Assembly: GCA_951406725.2 (NCBI GenBank)
Contig: OX597841.1
Location: 11,966,001 to 12,030,000 of the forward strand
Direction: 5' to 3'
From: Octopus vulgaris
Taxonomy: Eukaryota
DNA: 64,000 nt
The translations under genes were made by a program, and so were the position numbers. Shown here one piece after another: positions 63,417-64,000 of this stretch. The notes under the pieces were generated by a model, which made no database searches, was not told where the DNA came from, and saw nothing but the letters and a program-made list of their open reading frames with translations. The stretch's first letter is position 1, and the number at the start of each line of letters is the position of its first letter.

Positions 63417-64000
63417 CTAACCCTGAATTACATGCCCCTGAAGTACCTGCTCCTCAATTACCTGCCCCTAAATTACCGTCCCATGAATTACGTGCCCCTG
63501 AATTACCTGTCCCTGAATTAAAAGCCCCTGAATGTATGGACGCATGTGTGAACGAGGCTTGTGTGTATAAACGCATGATGTGTGAACGAAGCTTGTTTGT
63601 ATGGACGAATGATGTGTGAACGAGGCTTGTTTGTATGGACGAATGTGTGAACGAGGCTTGTTTTTATGGACGCATGATGTGTGAACGAGGCTTGTTTGTA
63701 TTGACGCATGATGTGTGAACGAGGCTTGTTTGTATAGACGCATGACGGGTGAACGAGGCTTGTTTGTATGGACGCATTACGGGTGAACGAGGATTGTTTG
63801 TATGGACGCATGACAGGTGAACAAGGATTGTTTGTATGGACGCATGACGGGTGAACGAGGCTTGTTTGTATAGACGCATGTGTGAACGAGGCTTGTTTGT
63901 ATAGACGCATGACGGGTGAACGAGGTTTGTTTGTATAGACGCATGACGGGTGAACGAGGCTTGTTTGTATAGACGCATGATGTGTGAACGAGGCTTGTTT
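63417..64000. repeat. Short 15-bp satellite run (63417-63533) followed by the 34-bp minisatellite to the window end
   Basis: Same two repeats, in the same order, as 48535-58620. Confidence 0.93.

Overview
Repeat-rich animal genomic DNA, most likely an octopus or other coleoid cephalopod (inferred from the SINE families, microsatellite density and TTAGGG telomere). The left contig (1-41649) holds two spliced minus-strand genes that I assembled by hand. One is a syntaxin-7/12 family Qa-SNARE: 7 coding exons, 201 codons, with its 3' end beyond position 1. The other is the last three exons of PDCD2. Introns and intergenic DNA are packed with tRNA-derived SINEs, RTE/CR1/HERO-like LINE fragments and MITEs (hAT-, piggyBac-, Merlin-, mariner- and Helitron-like). 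A 65-bp satellite built only from SINE tRNA heads fills 1-3920. The least expected signal is about 11 minimal type I hammerhead-ribozyme motifs from at least 6 sequence families, in short elements inside (TA)n tracts. They include a palindromic double hammerhead in a PDCD2 intron, a family whose core is flipped between copies, and core variants. After a 100-N gap come a 6.4-kb (CCCTAA)n array facing the gap, a 9.7-kb 15-bp satellite, a 34-bp minisatellite and duplicated subtelomeric blocks carrying a Penelope-like RT relic. The 5' half of PDCD2 is missing at this junction, which points to a scaffold misjoin or inversion. All structures and coordinates were read by eye; nothing was searched or folded computationally.
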